NCBI GenBank assembly: GCA_047285535.1
Contig: JBJBDC010000001.1
Location: 1,824,136-1,888,135, forward strand
Source: Synechococcus sp.
GTDB lineage: Bacteria > Cyanobacteriota > Cyanobacteriia > PCC-6307 > Cyanobiaceae
DNA: 64,000 nt
Reading direction: 5' to 3'
Part shown: positions 41,546-52,801 of the stretch, piece by piece
How the letters are laid out: each line of letters starts with the position of its first letter
Numbering within the stretch: the first letter of the stretch is position 1
Made by a program: the position numbers and the translations under genes
The notes under the pieces: model-generated
The model's input: the letters and a program-made list of their open reading frames with translations, nothing else
What the model was told of the DNA's origin: nothing
Database searches by the model: none

Positions 41546-42460
41546 GTGAGGTTGACTTTGTCTGATGCCGGCTTGACCTCAAAAGCTGATGCCGGCGCGC
41601 GCCTTGCAATCCGACTTCTACAAGATGCAGCTCAAAGCGGCACTCTCGATCCATGGGATGTGGACGTGATTGCCGTAATCGATGGTTTTTTAGATCAACT
41701 GAGACAACGCATCGAAGTCCCACGGCAAGTCGCCGCTCAGTTAGGCCATACAGGAGGAAGCTATGAACGCGATCTCGCTGAAAGCAGCGAAGCTTTTCTA
41801 GCCGCTTCAGTCTTGGTCGGCCTCAAAGCAGAAGTACTTGAAGCCAGCACATTCCCTCCAGAACCAATTGTTGAAGATGCCTTCGACGCTGACTTCATGG
41901 AGCAGGGTTGGCTTGATCCCAAATTCAACTTGCCGCGTCATCCTGAGCGTCACCTATTAAGACGTCCTGTAGCCCCACCTCCACTCAGGCGTCCAGTGAC
42001 CCTTGGAGAGCTGATCGAACAGCTTGAGACCATTGCCGAGCAATTAGAGACCGACGAACTCAATATGCGCCGGCGTCAACGCCAAAAGCGCTTCAGCAAT
42101 CGAGAGGCTATTGAGCAAGTTGCGGCTTTGGCCCACAGGGAGAAACTCCCTGAAACGACAGCCGCGTTAGGTGTGTTTATCAAGGAATGGGAACAAGCTT
42201 TGCACTGGATAGATTTCGAGCTTCTTGTAACCCAATGGTCGGAGACAGCTGCCTCAGACCTAGACACGGATCGTGTGGGTGTGTTCTGGGCTCTTTTGTT
42301 TCTGTCGTCTCAAAGCCAGGTCGAACTCGAACAAATTGGCTCACTGCATGGACCAATCCGCTTGAAGCGCCTGCTGGTTGCAGGTGAAGTCACTCAGATG
42401 CCGATCCATGCCCTTGAGGTGCCAGATATCACGCCGACCTTGCCTGCGATTGCTGCCTGA
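41546..42460 (+). CDS. scpA: Segregation and condensation protein A
   Basis: LDPWDVDVI..ID, L.ASVLV.LKA, C-terminal FWALLFL...VELEQ. Confidence 0.88.
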   Translation: MRLTLSDAGLTSKADAGARLAIRLLQDAAQSGTLDPWDVDVIAVIDGFLDQLRQRIEVPRQVAAQLGHTGGSYERDLAESSEAFLAASVLVGLKAEVLEASTFPPEPIVEDAFDADFMEQGWLDPKFNLPRHPERHLLRRPVAPPPLRRPVTLGELIEQLETIAEQLETDELNMRRRQRQKRFSNREAIEQVAALAHREKLPETTAALGVFIKEWEQALHWIDFELLVTQWSETAASDLDTDRVGVFWALLFLSSQSQVELEQIGSLHGPIRLKRLLVAGEVTQMPIHALEVPDITPTLPAIAA

Positions 42461-42505
42461 GCACCCTCTTATGTTGGCCTTTACGTTTTCAATTTTGGTA
42501 AGTCA

Positions 42506-43681
42506 ATGAAGGCCATGATCCTGGCCGCAGGAAAGGGAACGCGGGTTCAGCCGATCACTCACGTGATCCCCAAACCGATGATTCCAATCCTGCAGAAACC
42601 TGTAATGGAGTTCCTCCTCGAACTTCTCAAAGAACATGGTTTCACTGAGGTCATGGTCAACGTGTCTCACTTGGCCGAGGAAATCGAGAATTATTTCCGA
42701 GATGGGCAACGTTTTGGTGTCGAAATCGCTTACAGCTTCGAAGGAAGCATTCAGGATGGCGAACTCATTGGAGATGCCCTGGGCTCTGCGGGAGGTCTCA
42801 AGAAAATCCAAGATTTTCAAAGGTTCTTTGACGACACCTTCGTTGTGTTGTGCGGAGATGCCTTGATTGATCTAGATCTCTCAGAAGCCGTCAAACGTCA
42901 TCGAGCCAAAGGTGCTCTGGCAAGTCTTGTAACCAAGAGAGTGCCAAAGGATCAGGTGAGCAGCTACGGGGTGGTGGTTAGCGATGAGGACGGCAAAATC
43001 GAAGCTTTCCAGGAGAAGCCAAGTATTGAAGAGGCCTTAAGCGACACGATCAACACCGGTATCTATCTGTTCGAGCCTGAAATTTTCGACCACATCCCTT
43101 CAGGGAAATCATTCGATATCGGTGCCAATCTCTTCCCGGCTTTGGTTGAACAAGGATCCCCTTTTTATGCCTTACCCATGGATTTTGAATGGGTAGACAT
43201 TGGCAAGGTTCCTGATTATTGGCAAGCCATCCGCAGCGTCCTTCAGGGTGAAGTTCGCCAAATTGGGATCCCAGGGAAAGAGATCAAGCCTGGAGTCTTT
43301 ACAGGTCTCAATGTGGCTGCCAATTGGGACAAAATCAACGTCCAAGGTCCGATCTACGTCGGCGGAATGACCAAAATCGAAGATGGAGCCACGTTGATCG
43401 GCCCCACGATGATTGGGCCAAGCTGCTACATCTGCGAAGGCTCAACCATCGACAATTCCATCATTTTTGACTACTCCCGGATCGGCTCAGGCGTTCAACT
43501 GGTGGAAAAACTGGTGTTCGGTCGCTACTGCGTTGATAAAGAAGGGGATCACATTGATCTCCAGGAAGCAGCCCTCGATTGGTTAATTACGGATGCACGT
43601 CGTCAAGACTTTATTGAACCTTCACCTCAACAGAAAGCGATGGCCGAACTACTCGGTACCGATCTCACGCCATCGAGCTGA
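42506..43681 (+). CDS. cugP: NDP-sugar synthase (cyanobacterial UDP-glucose pyrophosphorylase CugP type)
   Basis: MKAMILAAGKGTRV.PIT..IPKPMIPI; C-terminal hexapeptide region. Confidence 0.85.
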   Translation: MKAMILAAGKGTRVQPITHVIPKPMIPILQKPVMEFLLELLKEHGFTEVMVNVSHLAEEIENYFRDGQRFGVEIAYSFEGSIQDGELIGDALGSAGGLKKIQDFQRFFDDTFVVLCGDALIDLDLSEAVKRHRAKGALASLVTKRVPKDQVSSYGVVVSDEDGKIEAFQEKPSIEEALSDTINTGIYLFEPEIFDHIPSGKSFDIGANLFPALVEQGSPFYALPMDFEWVDIGKVPDYWQAIRSVLQGEVRQIGIPGKEIKPGVFTGLNVAANWDKINVQGPIYVGGMTKIEDGATLIGPTMIGPSCYICEGSTIDNSIIFDYSRIGSGVQLVEKLVFGRYCVDKEGDHIDLQEAALDWLITDARRQDFIEPSPQQKAMAELLGTDLTPSS

Positions 43682-44567
43682 CGTTGGCTTGATTCAAAAT
43701 TGCTGGGATGCGTTCTTCTGCTTTGATTGCCATCAAATGAACCCCTTGAGCTAATCCCAGATATCTCTGAACCTGTTCAGCGGCAATTTTTACTCCCTCT
43801 TCCGCAGGATCAGCAGCAGCTTCTAATCGGGCGATCAGACTGTCCGGAATGCAGGCACCAGGCACCACCCGATTAATAAAACAAGCATTGCGCGCTGACT
43901 TCAGCAGAAACACGCCTGCAAGGACTGGAAGCTGCATGGGCGCGGCAATCTCACGGCAAAACTTTTCCAAGGCAGCTGCATCCATGACCATTTGGGTCTG
44001 AACAAAGCGTGCCCCTGCCTCTTTTTTCCGCTCCATGCGTCGTGCCAAGCCCGACCAGCTCATGCATTGGGGATCAGCGGCTGCTCCAGCAAATAGAGCA
44101 GTAGGACCATCCACGAGATCGCCTTTCACCGGATCCTCCCCCCGATTGAAAGCCGTGACCTGCTGAAGAAGACGCACTGACTCCAGTTCATTCACAGAGC
44201 GGGTCTTGGGCTGATCACCAGCGCGGACTGGGTCTCCTGTCAAACAAAGAAGATTTCGAATCCCCAAGGCATGAGCACCCAGGAGATCAGCCTGAATCGC
44301 AATTCGATTGCGATCGCGACAGGCCATCTGCAACACAGGCTCGATTCCTTGTTCCAGAAGGAGACGAGCCACGGCCAGACTGCTCATCCGCATGACCGCA
44401 CGACTGCCATCAGTGATGTTGATGGCATGGACATGACCTTGCAAAGTCCTCGCCATCTCAAGGGCATGAGAGGCATCTCCACCCCGGGGTGGCATGACTT
44501 CAGCCGTAATGGTGACAGCTCCAGCTTCGAGACGACTCTGCAGGACTGAACTCAAACGAACAATCAC
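43665..44567 (-). CDS. metF: Methylenetetrahydrofolate reductase
   Basis: TAEVMPP, NITDGSRA, CRDRN, LTGDP, GARFVQTQ. Confidence 0.93.
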   Translation of the reverse strand: MIVRLSSVLQSRLEAGAVTITAEVMPPRGGDASHALEMARTLQGHVHAINITDGSRAVMRMSSLAVARLLLEQGIEPVLQMACRDRNRIAIQADLLGAHALGIRNLLCLTGDPVRAGDQPKTRSVNELESVRLLQQVTAFNRGEDPVKGDLVDGPTALFAGAAADPQCMSWSGLARRMERKKEAGARFVQTQMVMDAAALEKFCREIAAPMQLPVLAGVFLLKSARNACFINRVVPGACIPDSLIARLEAAADPAEEGVKIAAEQVQRYLGLAQGVHLMAIKAEERIPAILNQANVSSMA

Positions 44568-44677
44568 CTCTGGGACACACTATGGAATATCAGGCGTCGC
44601 ATAACTTCCATACAATAAAAATGATGACTAAAGCTGATGCCTCAAGCAGAATGGTGATCGGTGAGGCGCCCTGATCA

Positions 44678-44929
44678 ATGACTATTTCCCTCTCCAGCCG
44701 TGAAATTGAAATCATCGAACTGGTGGCCGAGGGGCTGACCAATCAAGAGATCTCTGAGCGACTGACGATCAGCAAACGCACAGTCGACAACCATGTCAGC
44801 AACGTGTTCACCAAAACCGGATCAAAAAATCGCGTGGCGTTACTGAACTGGGCCATGGATCACGGAAAGATCTGCAGAGATGGTTTCAACTGTTGCACCC
44901 TTCCTTCTGATTCTTCCGACGCGACCTAA
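44678..44929 (+). CDS. pedR: Small LuxR-type HTH regulator (PedR-like)
   Basis: LSSREIEII..VAEGLTNQEI...SKRTVDNH; C-terminal C..GFNCC. Confidence 0.85.
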   Translation: MTISLSSREIEIIELVAEGLTNQEISERLTISKRTVDNHVSNVFTKTGSKNRVALLNWAMDHGKICRDGFNCCTLPSDSSDAT

Positions 44930-45071
44930 CCGGAAGAGGGACCGGTCTTGGCATGTCCATCAAGGAACAGCTCGCCAAGGGAAGACCAAACAACCTGGCG
45001 TATGCGAGGCAGGCATCACGGTCAATTCCCGTGAAACGCAGGATGCCATCCGAATCGTAAAGACCGTGCAT
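44886..45071 (-). CDS. Small conserved picocyanobacterial hypothetical protein
   Basis: MHGLYDSDGILRF.G.DR.ACLAYA.LF resembles a small conserved Synechococcus/Prochlorococcus family (from memory) and fills the intergenic gap. Confidence 0.55.
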   Translation of the reverse strand: MHGLYDSDGILRFTGIDRDACLAYARLFGLPLASCSLMDMPRPVPLPVRSRRKNQKEGCNS

Positions 45072-45122
45072 GCCAAACCCCTTGCCGAACCTTCCTCAAA
45101 TCTAAAGGAAATCGAAAGGATT

Positions 45123-45632
45123 TTAGATTTGAAGTCGATATTGTTTAAGCAATTCTTGGGACCACTTGGACAAGGGCTGACGGGCAAGCGCAGCATTGGT
45201 CCAGCGATGGTCTCCCGTGACTTCAACACCACACCAATCAGGGATGACCAATGGGCTGTCGGGAGCGTCGAGCTCGACTTCAGCCAAAACCAGGGGCGAG
45301 TTGTCTCCTTCAAAACAATCAACGACCCAGTCACCTCCACCTAATTGAAGGTCATAACGTGTTTTCAGCAAACGATGGGGAGCAAGCATCCAAAGCTGCT
45401 CTGCATCTTCCACAGGAATGCCGTATTCGAATTCATGGCGAGCAATGCCGCTACCGCCGGCAGAGGCCTTCAACGTAAGCCAAGCCTTCCCATCAGCACG
45501 TAAACGCATGCGCACCGTGATTCCATCAGATGCGGCGGACAGATATCCCTGTTGCAACCGTTGCGGAGGACCTGCAACAGGACGCCATCCAGAATGAGTC
45601 ACCAGGAATCGCCGTTCAATCTCAAGTGCCAT
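45123..45632 (-). CDS. CYTH-domain protein
   Basis: MALEIERRFLV (ExExK-like), QGYL, R.EFEY, LAEVEL; start taken at ATG 45632. Confidence 0.9.
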   Translation of the reverse strand: MALEIERRFLVTHSGWRPVAGPPQRLQQGYLSAASDGITVRMRLRADGKAWLTLKASAGGSGIARHEFEYGIPVEDAEQLWMLAPHRLLKTRYDLQLGGGDWVVDCFEGDNSPLVLAEVELDAPDSPLVIPDWCGVEVTGDHRWTNAALARQPLSKWSQELLKQYRLQI

Positions 45633-45633
45633 C

Positions 45634-46581
45634 TCAGTTTGCTGAGGGAGCGCTATCAAGCAGACTTCCAGCCCAATGAAGCTTGCGGGAGAGCGTTCGG
45701 TAATAGGAAGGAGATTGCTCCAGCTGCACCATCAACGCATGATGAGCCGCCTGCTGAATGACACAGCACTCACCCGGACCAAAGACCTCCCCGGCAGCTC
45801 CATCTTTCCAAAGTTTGACTTGCCGACTGGCATCGCCAAGAGGCCAGATCACAACTCTGGATCGAGGTGGCAACACGACAGTGCGACTCGACAAACTCAT
45901 CGGACAAATAGGACTGACGACAATCGCATCGATCCCTGGATGCAGGATTGGACCACCTGCCGCCATCGCATAACCAGTTGAACCCGTAGGCGACGCCAAA
46001 ATCAAACCATCGCCTCGAACCTGGTCAACGACCTCTCCGTCAATCTCCATTTCAAGAATGCAGGTTGGAGACAAATCATCGTGATAAGGCTTGAGGTAGA
46101 TGTCATTCAGCGCCCAATGAATGCCCTGAGCATTCATTGGAGCCTCAACCTCGCGAGACTTCTCAGCAAAGGAATTTAGATCTTCGATGCGCTGAATCAC
46201 CGCCTGCAACATCATGCGTCGTTCCAAGGCAAAGCGGTCTTCCAGCAAGCGCTCCCAAAGCCCTTCACTACGCAACAAGCCAGGATCGTGGGTAAGAAAG
46301 CCGAGATGACCGCCTACGTTGAAACAAAGAATCGGTACATCCAAAACAGCGAGGTGCCTAGCAGCACCAAGAACGGTCCCGTCACCTCCAAGGACAATCG
46401 CTAGATCTGGCAGCTGAGGTTCCGAGGCCAGAAGACCAGGAAATGGATCTGCGTTCAGGCCACTCATCGCCAACACAGGAGCGGCTCCAATCTGTTCAAG
46501 CTCGTCGGCACAACGACGAGCTTCTTTTAAGGCCGATGAACTATCAGCCCGGTAAATCAGCCAGACCCGTTTTAGACGCAT
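45634..46581 (-). CDS. nadK: NAD(+) kinase
   Basis: [31 protein letters not shown]. Confidence 0.95.
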   Translation of the reverse strand: MRLKRVWLIYRADSSSALKEARRCADELEQIGAAPVLAMSGLNADPFPGLLASEPQLPDLAIVLGGDGTVLGAARHLAVLDVPILCFNVGGHLGFLTHDPGLLRSEGLWERLLEDRFALERRMMLQAVIQRIEDLNSFAEKSREVEAPMNAQGIHWALNDIYLKPYHDDLSPTCILEMEIDGEVVDQVRGDGLILASPTGSTGYAMAAGGPILHPGIDAIVVSPICPMSLSSRTVVLPPRSRVVIWPLGDASRQVKLWKDGAAGEVFGPGECCVIQQAAHHALMVQLEQSPSYYRTLSRKLHWAGSLLDSAPSAN

Positions 46582-46596
46582 AACAGCTTGACGCCA

Positions 46597-46929
46597 TTAC
46601 CAGCGCAGAAGGTTGAAACGTTCCATATCCACCGTGACTCTGTTCCGATAGAGCGACAACAGAATCGCGAGGCCGACTGCAGCCTCGGCTGCAGCAACTG
46701 TGATCACAAAGACAGAGAAAACCTGCCCACGAATCAATTGTCCATCGACATAAGAGGAAAAGGACATCAGATTGATATTCACTGCGTTCAACATCAATTC
46801 AATACTCATCAAAACCCTCACAGCATTGCGACTGTTAATCAGTCCCCAAACCCCAGTACAAAAGAGAATGGCTGCCAGGAGGAGGTAGGCCTGTAGAGGG
46901 ACGGAACCAGAAAGAAGCTCAGACAGCAT
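46597..46929 (-). CDS. ndhE: NDH-1 subunit E (NuoK)
   Basis: [30 protein letters not shown]. Confidence 0.97.
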   Translation of the reverse strand: MLSELLSGSVPLQAYLLLAAILFCTGVWGLINSRNAVRVLMSIELMLNAVNINLMSFSSYVDGQLIRGQVFSVFVITVAAAEAAVGLAILLSLYRNRVTVDMERFNLLRW

Positions 46930-46949
46930 TACAAAAAACGCAGAAAAAT

Positions 46950-47549
46950 TCAGCCGCGGGACTGATTTACAAGTAAGGGAGTGCGAGCCTTTTCAATGAG
47001 GCCCTGATCAACCTCTTCACCAGTGACAGGATCTACAGATTGAACCTCCCGACGGGCCAGAACAATGGCCCCAATCATGGCCATTAAGAGTAAAACAGAC
47101 GCCAACTCAAACGGGAGCAGGTAATCAGTAAAGAGATGTTCACCAATGCGAAGCGTCGCATCTTCCCCAATAGGCGTTGGGCCATTCATCCATGGAGTCA
47201 CAACAACGACACGCGTCAGAAGCAAAAGAAGTCCGACGCAGACACCACCAGACAAAAGCCGACGAACTGGGAGTCCTGGGATAGGAGCCAGATCTTCCTT
47301 CTTATTGACCAACATGATCGCGAACAGAATTAAGACATTGACGGCTCCGACGTAAACAAGCACCTGAGCCGCTGCCACAAAACTGGCATTAAGCAATAGA
47401 TACAAACCTGCTACTGCCAGAAAAACACCGCCCAACAGAAACGCGGAATAGACGATGTTGCTCAAGAGCACAACGCCAAGAGCACCCAACACGATGACAG
47501 CACTGAGAGCCAAAAAACAAATGAGTTGCGTAGACGCGGCAATGGTCAT
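46950..47549 (-). CDS. ndhG: NDH-1 subunit G (NuoJ)
   Basis: [30 protein letters not shown]. Confidence 0.97.
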   Translation of the reverse strand: MTIAASTQLICFLALSAVIVLGALGVVLLSNIVYSAFLLGGVFLAVAGLYLLLNASFVAAAQVLVYVGAVNVLILFAIMLVNKKEDLAPIPGLPVRRLLSGGVCVGLLLLLTRVVVVTPWMNGPTPIGEDATLRIGEHLFTDYLLPFELASVLLLMAMIGAIVLARREVQSVDPVTGEEVDQGLIEKARTPLLVNQSRG

Positions 47550-48205
47550 CCTGCGCTCTCCTCCTTGTTCGATGCTGATGAAGACGATTCTCTCTCATCT
47601 CCGGCCATCGGAGTGGATCCAGCTGCCTTGAGGTCATCGACAATCTGTTCAGGTCGTTGGCCAGCCCTGGGGCGCTCAGGGGAAACACCATGAGGTTCAA
47701 CCTCACCAGCAGGGAGATAGACAAGCTCCCGCAATGGCTGGACCGAGGGATCGGTGGTCACGCTGGTGGGTAAGCGACCTAGGGCAACATTGTCAAAATT
47801 AAGGCTATGGCGATCGAATGCGGCCAATTCATATTCCTCAGTCATCGACAAACAATTCGTGGGGCAGTACTCAACGCAGTTACCACAAAAGATGCAAACT
47901 CCGAAATCAATCGAATAGTTGCGCAGTTCTTTTTTCTTGGTCTCCTTGTTCATGACCCAATCAACCACTGGAAGATTGATTGGGCAGACACGCACACAAA
48001 CCTCGCAGGCAATGCACTTATCAAATTCGTAATGAATTCGTCCTCGATAGCGCTCTGAAGGAATCAGCTTTTCGTAGGGATACTGCACCGTGATCGGCCG
48101 GCGCTTCATGTGATCGAAAGTGACCGAGAGACCTTGCGTGAGATTGCGGGCCGCATCCACTGCATCCCTGGTGTAATCACCAACCTGTTTGAGAAAGCCG
48201 AACAT
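47546..48205 (-). CDS. ndhI: NDH-1 subunit I
   Basis: Two 4Fe-4S motifs, [12 protein letters not shown] and [12 protein letters not shown]; start taken at ATG 48205. Confidence 0.97.
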   Translation of the reverse strand: MFGFLKQVGDYTRDAVDAARNLTQGLSVTFDHMKRRPITVQYPYEKLIPSERYRGRIHYEFDKCIACEVCVRVCPINLPVVDWVMNKETKKKELRNYSIDFGVCIFCGNCVEYCPTNCLSMTEEYELAAFDRHSLNFDNVALGRLPTSVTTDPSVQPLRELVYLPAGEVEPHGVSPERPRAGQRPEQIVDDLKAAGSTPMAGDERESSSSASNKEESAG

Positions 48206-48286
48206 GGTTTGGAAACGGGGAAGTGAGCGATCGAGAAAAGAAAGACCGGCTTTCATGATGCCGCCGGGGAAGGGCCAATGGCGAGA

Positions 48287-49441
48287 TCATCCACCAAAAG
48301 CCACGGGAAAGGCCAGCTTGAGAGCAGCCGTAACCAGAAGGTTGGCCAAGGCCAAAGGCAACAAGAATTTCCAGCCCAGATCCAACAACTGATCAATCCT
48401 CACCCGTGGAGTTGTCCAACGCAAAAGAATCGCGATGAACACCAGCAGATAGGCCTTCAGGATAGTCATCACAATGCCAACAGTGCCTGTGATGAGCTGG
48501 ACCAGAGGGGCATCAATGGGCTGGCCAAGCCAGGAAGCAAGCCATTCCACTGGGATCGGGAACCCCCAACCACCCAGATAAAGGATGGAAACAAGGAGAG
48601 CCGAAAGAACGAGATTGATGTAGCTGCCTAGATAAAAGAGGGCAAACTTCATCCCTGCATATTCCGTCTGGTATCCAGCCACGAGTTCTTCTTCGGCCTC
48701 AGGGAGGTCAAAAGGCAAGCGCTCACATTCCGCAAGCGCACAAATCCAGAAAATGAGAAATCCAACAGGTTGTCGCCATATATTCCAACTCAGGACCCCA
48801 GCACCAGTTTGTTGATTAACGATATCGACGGTACTTAAGGAATTACTCATCATCACCACGGCCAAAACAGCCAATGCAAGAGGAATTTCGTAACTGATCG
48901 ATTGGGCTGCCGCACGGAGACCCCCCAACAACGAATATTTGTTGTTGGAGGCGTATCCACTCATCAACAGACCGATGGGTTGAACGCTGCTGAGCGAAAT
49001 CCAAAGGAAGATGCCAACGCCCACATCACTAATCAGCAGGTTCTGACCAAAAGGCACGATCAACCAGGACAGAATGACTGGCACCACCACCAGGACAGGA
49101 CCGAGAGTGAAGAGCAAACTGTCCGCACGGTCGGGAATGATGTCTTCCTTTACCAGCAGCTTGAGGCCATCAGCCAAGGGCTGAAGAACGCCGAGTGCGC
49201 CGGCATATTCAGGGCCGATTCTTTGTTGTACAGCCGCTGAAATTTTTCGTTCAAGCCACACCGTGACGAGGACCCCAACCACCGCGGCTACAAGCACCAG
49301 CAACATTGGGAAGGGAAGCCAGAGCATTCGCGCAGCTTGAGCCGAGAGCCCTAAACCCTCCAGTGCTTGACTGAAGCTCTGTTCGAGATCAAGACCTGGG
49401 CTCACCAGGGCCGGCGCGGTGGTGGCGATGGAGGTCACCAT
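48287..49441 (-). CDS. ndhA: NDH-1 subunit A (NuoH)
   Basis: [34 protein letters not shown]; start taken at ATG 49441. Confidence 0.97.
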   Translation of the reverse strand: MVTSIATTAPALVSPGLDLEQSFSQALEGLGLSAQAARMLWLPFPMLLVLVAAVVGVLVTVWLERKISAAVQQRIGPEYAGALGVLQPLADGLKLLVKEDIIPDRADSLLFTLGPVLVVVPVILSWLIVPFGQNLLISDVGVGIFLWISLSSVQPIGLLMSGYASNNKYSLLGGLRAAAQSISYEIPLALAVLAVVMMSNSLSTVDIVNQQTGAGVLSWNIWRQPVGFLIFWICALAECERLPFDLPEAEEELVAGYQTEYAGMKFALFYLGSYINLVLSALLVSILYLGGWGFPIPVEWLASWLGQPIDAPLVQLITGTVGIVMTILKAYLLVFIAILLRWTTPRVRIDQLLDLGWKFLLPLALANLLVTAALKLAFPVAFGG

Positions 49442-49465
49442 GGACAGAGACAAGATTGATGCAAC

Positions 49466-50662
49466 TTAAGCGCCCGCGGCCTTCAATCGCTCATCAGCAG
49501 GGACCCAATGACGTGTGGATACACCGGTATAAATCTGTGAGGGACGAAAGATTCGGTTGGCACCGAGCTGTTCTCTCCAGTGAGCTAGCCAACCTGCCAC
49601 ACGGGAAATCGCAAAAACTGGTGTGAACAGATCTCTTGGGATCCCAAGTTTGCGATAAACAAGACCTGAATAAAAATCAACGTTGGGATAGATACCCTTA
49701 GGCCCCAGTCGGATCGCAGCCGCATCCTCTAGGGCATGGGCGACGTCATAAAGGCTATCGCGACCAAATCGAGCAAATAACTCTTCTGCTAAAGCCTGAA
49801 GGATCACAGCTCTAGGGTCCTTCACCTTGTATTCGCGGTGGCCAAAACCCATCACCTTGCGTTTGCTGGTCACCGCTGAATCGAGGTAAGAGTCGACCTG
49901 TTGCGGAGTACCAATCTCTTCCAGCATTGCAAGCACATCCTCGTTGGCTCCGCCATGAAGAGGGCCTGCCAGCGTTCCTACGGCTGATGCAACAACAGCG
50001 TAAGGATCAGTCAAGGTGCTCGCCGTAACCCTGGCACTGAACGTGCTGGCGTTCAGGCTGTGCTCCGCATGAAGGATCAAACAACAATCGAAAATGCGAG
50101 AAGCGAGCGGATCGGGTTCTTGCTCCGTCAACATGTAGAGAAAGTTGGCCGAATAGGCCAGGTCATCGCGAGGCTGAATGGGATCCTGACCTTTACGGAT
50201 CAACTGGAAGGCCGCCACCATGGTTGGGATCTTCGCGATCAGCCTCACGACCGCGTCATAGATGTACTGCGGATCATCAATCGCCCGACGGGAATAAAAG
50301 AGTCCCAAAGAGGCCGCGCAGGATTGCAGAGCATCCATCGGATGCCCATTCGCCGGAAAACACTTCATCATGTCGCGCACTCGAAAACTCACGCGCCTGT
50401 GCATCTGAACTTCGTGTTCAAAATCACGAAGTTGCTGAGGGGTAGGCAGTTCGCCCCAGATCAACAAATACGTGGTCTCAAGAAAACTGCTATGCGCAGC
50501 CAGATCATCCAGGGAATAGCCCCGATAGGAGAGACGACCCTGTAGGCCATCAATGTCGCAAATGGAAGACTGGGTAGCAGGCACACCCTCAAGACCAGGC
50601 CTGAACACCAGACCCGTGCGTTCATGCCGGATTTCGGTACCGCCGGTCTGACTTACCACCAC
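49466..50662 (-). CDS. gltA: Citrate synthase
   Basis: GLEGVPA, HAEHSLNASTF, GPLHGGA, MGFGHR, YPNVDF. Confidence 0.97.
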   Translation of the reverse strand: MVVSQTGGTEIRHERTGLVFRPGLEGVPATQSSICDIDGLQGRLSYRGYSLDDLAAHSSFLETTYLLIWGELPTPQQLRDFEHEVQMHRRVSFRVRDMMKCFPANGHPMDALQSCAASLGLFYSRRAIDDPQYIYDAVVRLIAKIPTMVAAFQLIRKGQDPIQPRDDLAYSANFLYMLTEQEPDPLASRIFDCCLILHAEHSLNASTFSARVTASTLTDPYAVVASAVGTLAGPLHGGANEDVLAMLEEIGTPQQVDSYLDSAVTSKRKVMGFGHREYKVKDPRAVILQALAEELFARFGRDSLYDVAHALEDAAAIRLGPKGIYPNVDFYSGLVYRKLGIPRDLFTPVFAISRVAGWLAHWREQLGANRIFRPSQIYTGVSTRHWVPADERLKAAGA

Positions 50663-50688
50663 CCGCTGCTACTGCTGCTGAACGCAAC

Positions 50689-51174
50689 TTAATCGCAGCC
50701 AGGCAATAACAGACCTGGTCTCAGCAACGCCTGTAGCTGCGCCACTCGGCAGGAGGATTGAGGAGAGGCATCCCAACGGAGATGGCAAAGCCCTGCTTTC
50801 CGCAAGCGGATGCCGCCGGTTCGGGCACCCATCAACTCCATAGCCAGCTGACTCAAATCAGGTTCGTGGCCTACAAAAAAGCAGGAACCCCGCAAGCGCT
50901 GAACCAAAGGCCATGGATCGGCCCCAGGCTTGAGACAGCTTGAGAGTTCAACTTCTGGGGCAAGACCGCTTTTCACCGCAAGATCAGCCGTTTCACGCGC
51001 CCGGCGGTATGGACTGCTGTAAAGGCGATCAGAGATGAATCCCAGATCGTGAAGGCGAGCGCACACCTTGGCCGTGCGCTCGATGCCCAGAGCCGTCAGT
51101 CCACGATCAGGGTGATCCACATCATGATCTCGCTCCACCGCGATGCCATGACGCAACAAGAACAGGTCAACCAA
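50689..51174 (-). CDS. sixA: Phosphohistidine phosphatase SixA-like
   Basis: LLRHG, SSPYRRARETA, VGHEP; start taken at TTG 51174. Confidence 0.85.
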   Translation of the reverse strand: MVDLFLLRHGIAVERDHDVDHPDRGLTALGIERTAKVCARLHDLGFISDRLYSSPYRRARETADLAVKSGLAPEVELSSCLKPGADPWPLVQRLRGSCFFVGHEPDLSQLAMELMGARTGGIRLRKAGLCHLRWDASPQSSCRVAQLQALLRPGLLLPGCD

Positions 51175-52789
51175 ACCGGACTTGAGCACGAAGTCGCAAT
51201 CGGTTATGCCCAGCCTGATCAGCCCCTTCTTCCTGGTCCGTTCCAACAGCCAAAGCAAGCTCCTGAACCACCGGGAGCAATGACCGTCCTGCTACAGACT
51301 GAATCAAACTCCAGGGCCGCCACTTTTCAAGCTGAGCACGACTGGGAGCTGACGCCAAGGCCAACTGCTGCGCCAGAGGAGTCTCACCCTCAGCCTGCAA
51401 TGCTCGCAGTTGATTGACACGAGGAGCAATGGCTGAATGGTCTTGCCGATTCGTCAGCGCATCGAGTGTCTGCCCCCACCAGTTTTGATCGGATTCGCTG
51501 TCCAAAGCCACTGCAAGTTGAGCCTGCAAGGACTGTTCACCACGCTGTCGCTGCCGTGTCAGACGGGTCCAGACCTGCAGTGTTTTGCCATCAGCGGGCA
51601 ATGCCGACTGAACAAAACCCTTTTGCTGAAGGTCAGCATCAACAGCAGCCTCATCTGGCTGACCACTCACCGTCCCTAGCAACCAACCCTCCTCTTCTTG
51701 CATCCAAAGCAATGGGCCTCTATCGAAACCCACAACAGCAGAGGCTCCTTCTGATCCAAGTGATTGCAGGGTCTCCTGAAGAACTGGAGCCAACCACTGA
51801 GCGATGGGGTCTGCGTTCACAGAGCTGAGTAGATCGGCAGGAGAAGACAGCACAGCAAGGGCAGACGCTGAGCCACCTGCTGAGCGCATCAATGAAGACG
51901 TGACCTCGGCCCCCTCACCTGAATCAACAACGGGCTGACGGAAACGCATGACCGCATCAAGATCGATGGCCTCCCCCTTAGGTTCCAAGGCTGCCACCAA
52001 ACCCACAAGGTCATTGTGTTCGGCAATAACGGGGGGGACGCCAAGCCAATGCTTCATCGCGAAAGGGTCTGCAGTCAGCAGAGCTGCACCCCGTCCAAAT
52101 CGCTGCAGATCATCAACAAGATCTTGATCACCACGTTGGTGAAGAGCATCAAGCTGTGACACATCCAAAGATTGCTCCAGTACGTCAAGACCAGAGGCAA
52201 TTAACAGAAAGTCACCGTCAATTAAAGCGGTGGCGATGGGCTGCGGCTCGCGACCGAGCAGTGCGCCGCGTCCACTGATCACACCCATTCCCCGATATCG
52301 GCTGATTTGAAGATCAGTGCCAGCCAGACTTCGCGTCTGCCAAAAGCGCTGGAGAAAGCGCTTTGCACCATCTTGATCCAGGCTTGTGAGAGCTAGCACC
52401 CAACCTGTCGGTGCAGACTCAGCCTCAGAAGCGAATAAAGAAAGACTGACCTCAGGGGCGATCCAATCCGCCAGCTCTCCAGCGAAATCCAACCCAACCA
52501 AAGCAAAAGCTCCATCACGCAATTGCTGCGTGCTTTCACGCACCTGTCGCCGGCGTGAAACGGGTGCCACAGCCTGGGCGTAAGCAGGCATGCGAACCGG
52601 GTCGGCAAGCCAATGCAGACTGAGAGATGCGTCTCTGGGCACGAACCGAGCCGCTCTCGGCAAAACGAGTGGCTGCCCTACGAGCCTGAGTGGGCTTTGC
52701 TGTGCCATCGCCCACCAAAGCCCCAACGAGGTTGCTAACAGCAACAACACCGCTGCAGAGACAGCCAAAAGGAAGGAACGCGCCTTCAT
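51167..52789 (-). CDS. DUF3352-family protein
   Basis: N-terminal TM helix, P.AARFVP, A.RFLQRFWQ, YRGMG; start taken at ATG 52789. Confidence 0.7.
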   Translation of the reverse strand: MKARSFLLAVSAAVLLLLATSLGLWWAMAQQSPLRLVGQPLVLPRAARFVPRDASLSLHWLADPVRMPAYAQAVAPVSRRRQVRESTQQLRDGAFALVGLDFAGELADWIAPEVSLSLFASEAESAPTGWVLALTSLDQDGAKRFLQRFWQTRSLAGTDLQISRYRGMGVISGRGALLGREPQPIATALIDGDFLLIASGLDVLEQSLDVSQLDALHQRGDQDLVDDLQRFGRGAALLTADPFAMKHWLGVPPVIAEHNDLVGLVAALEPKGEAIDLDAVMRFRQPVVDSGEGAEVTSSLMRSAGGSASALAVLSSPADLLSSVNADPIAQWLAPVLQETLQSLGSEGASAVVGFDRGPLLWMQEEEGWLLGTVSGQPDEAAVDADLQQKGFVQSALPADGKTLQVWTRLTRQRQRGEQSLQAQLAVALDSESDQNWWGQTLDALTNRQDHSAIAPRVNQLRALQAEGETPLAQQLALASAPSRAQLEKWRPWSLIQSVAGRSLLPVVQELALAVGTDQEEGADQAGHNRLRLRAQVRFG

Positions 52790-52801
52790 GAAGCAGCAGG
52801 C

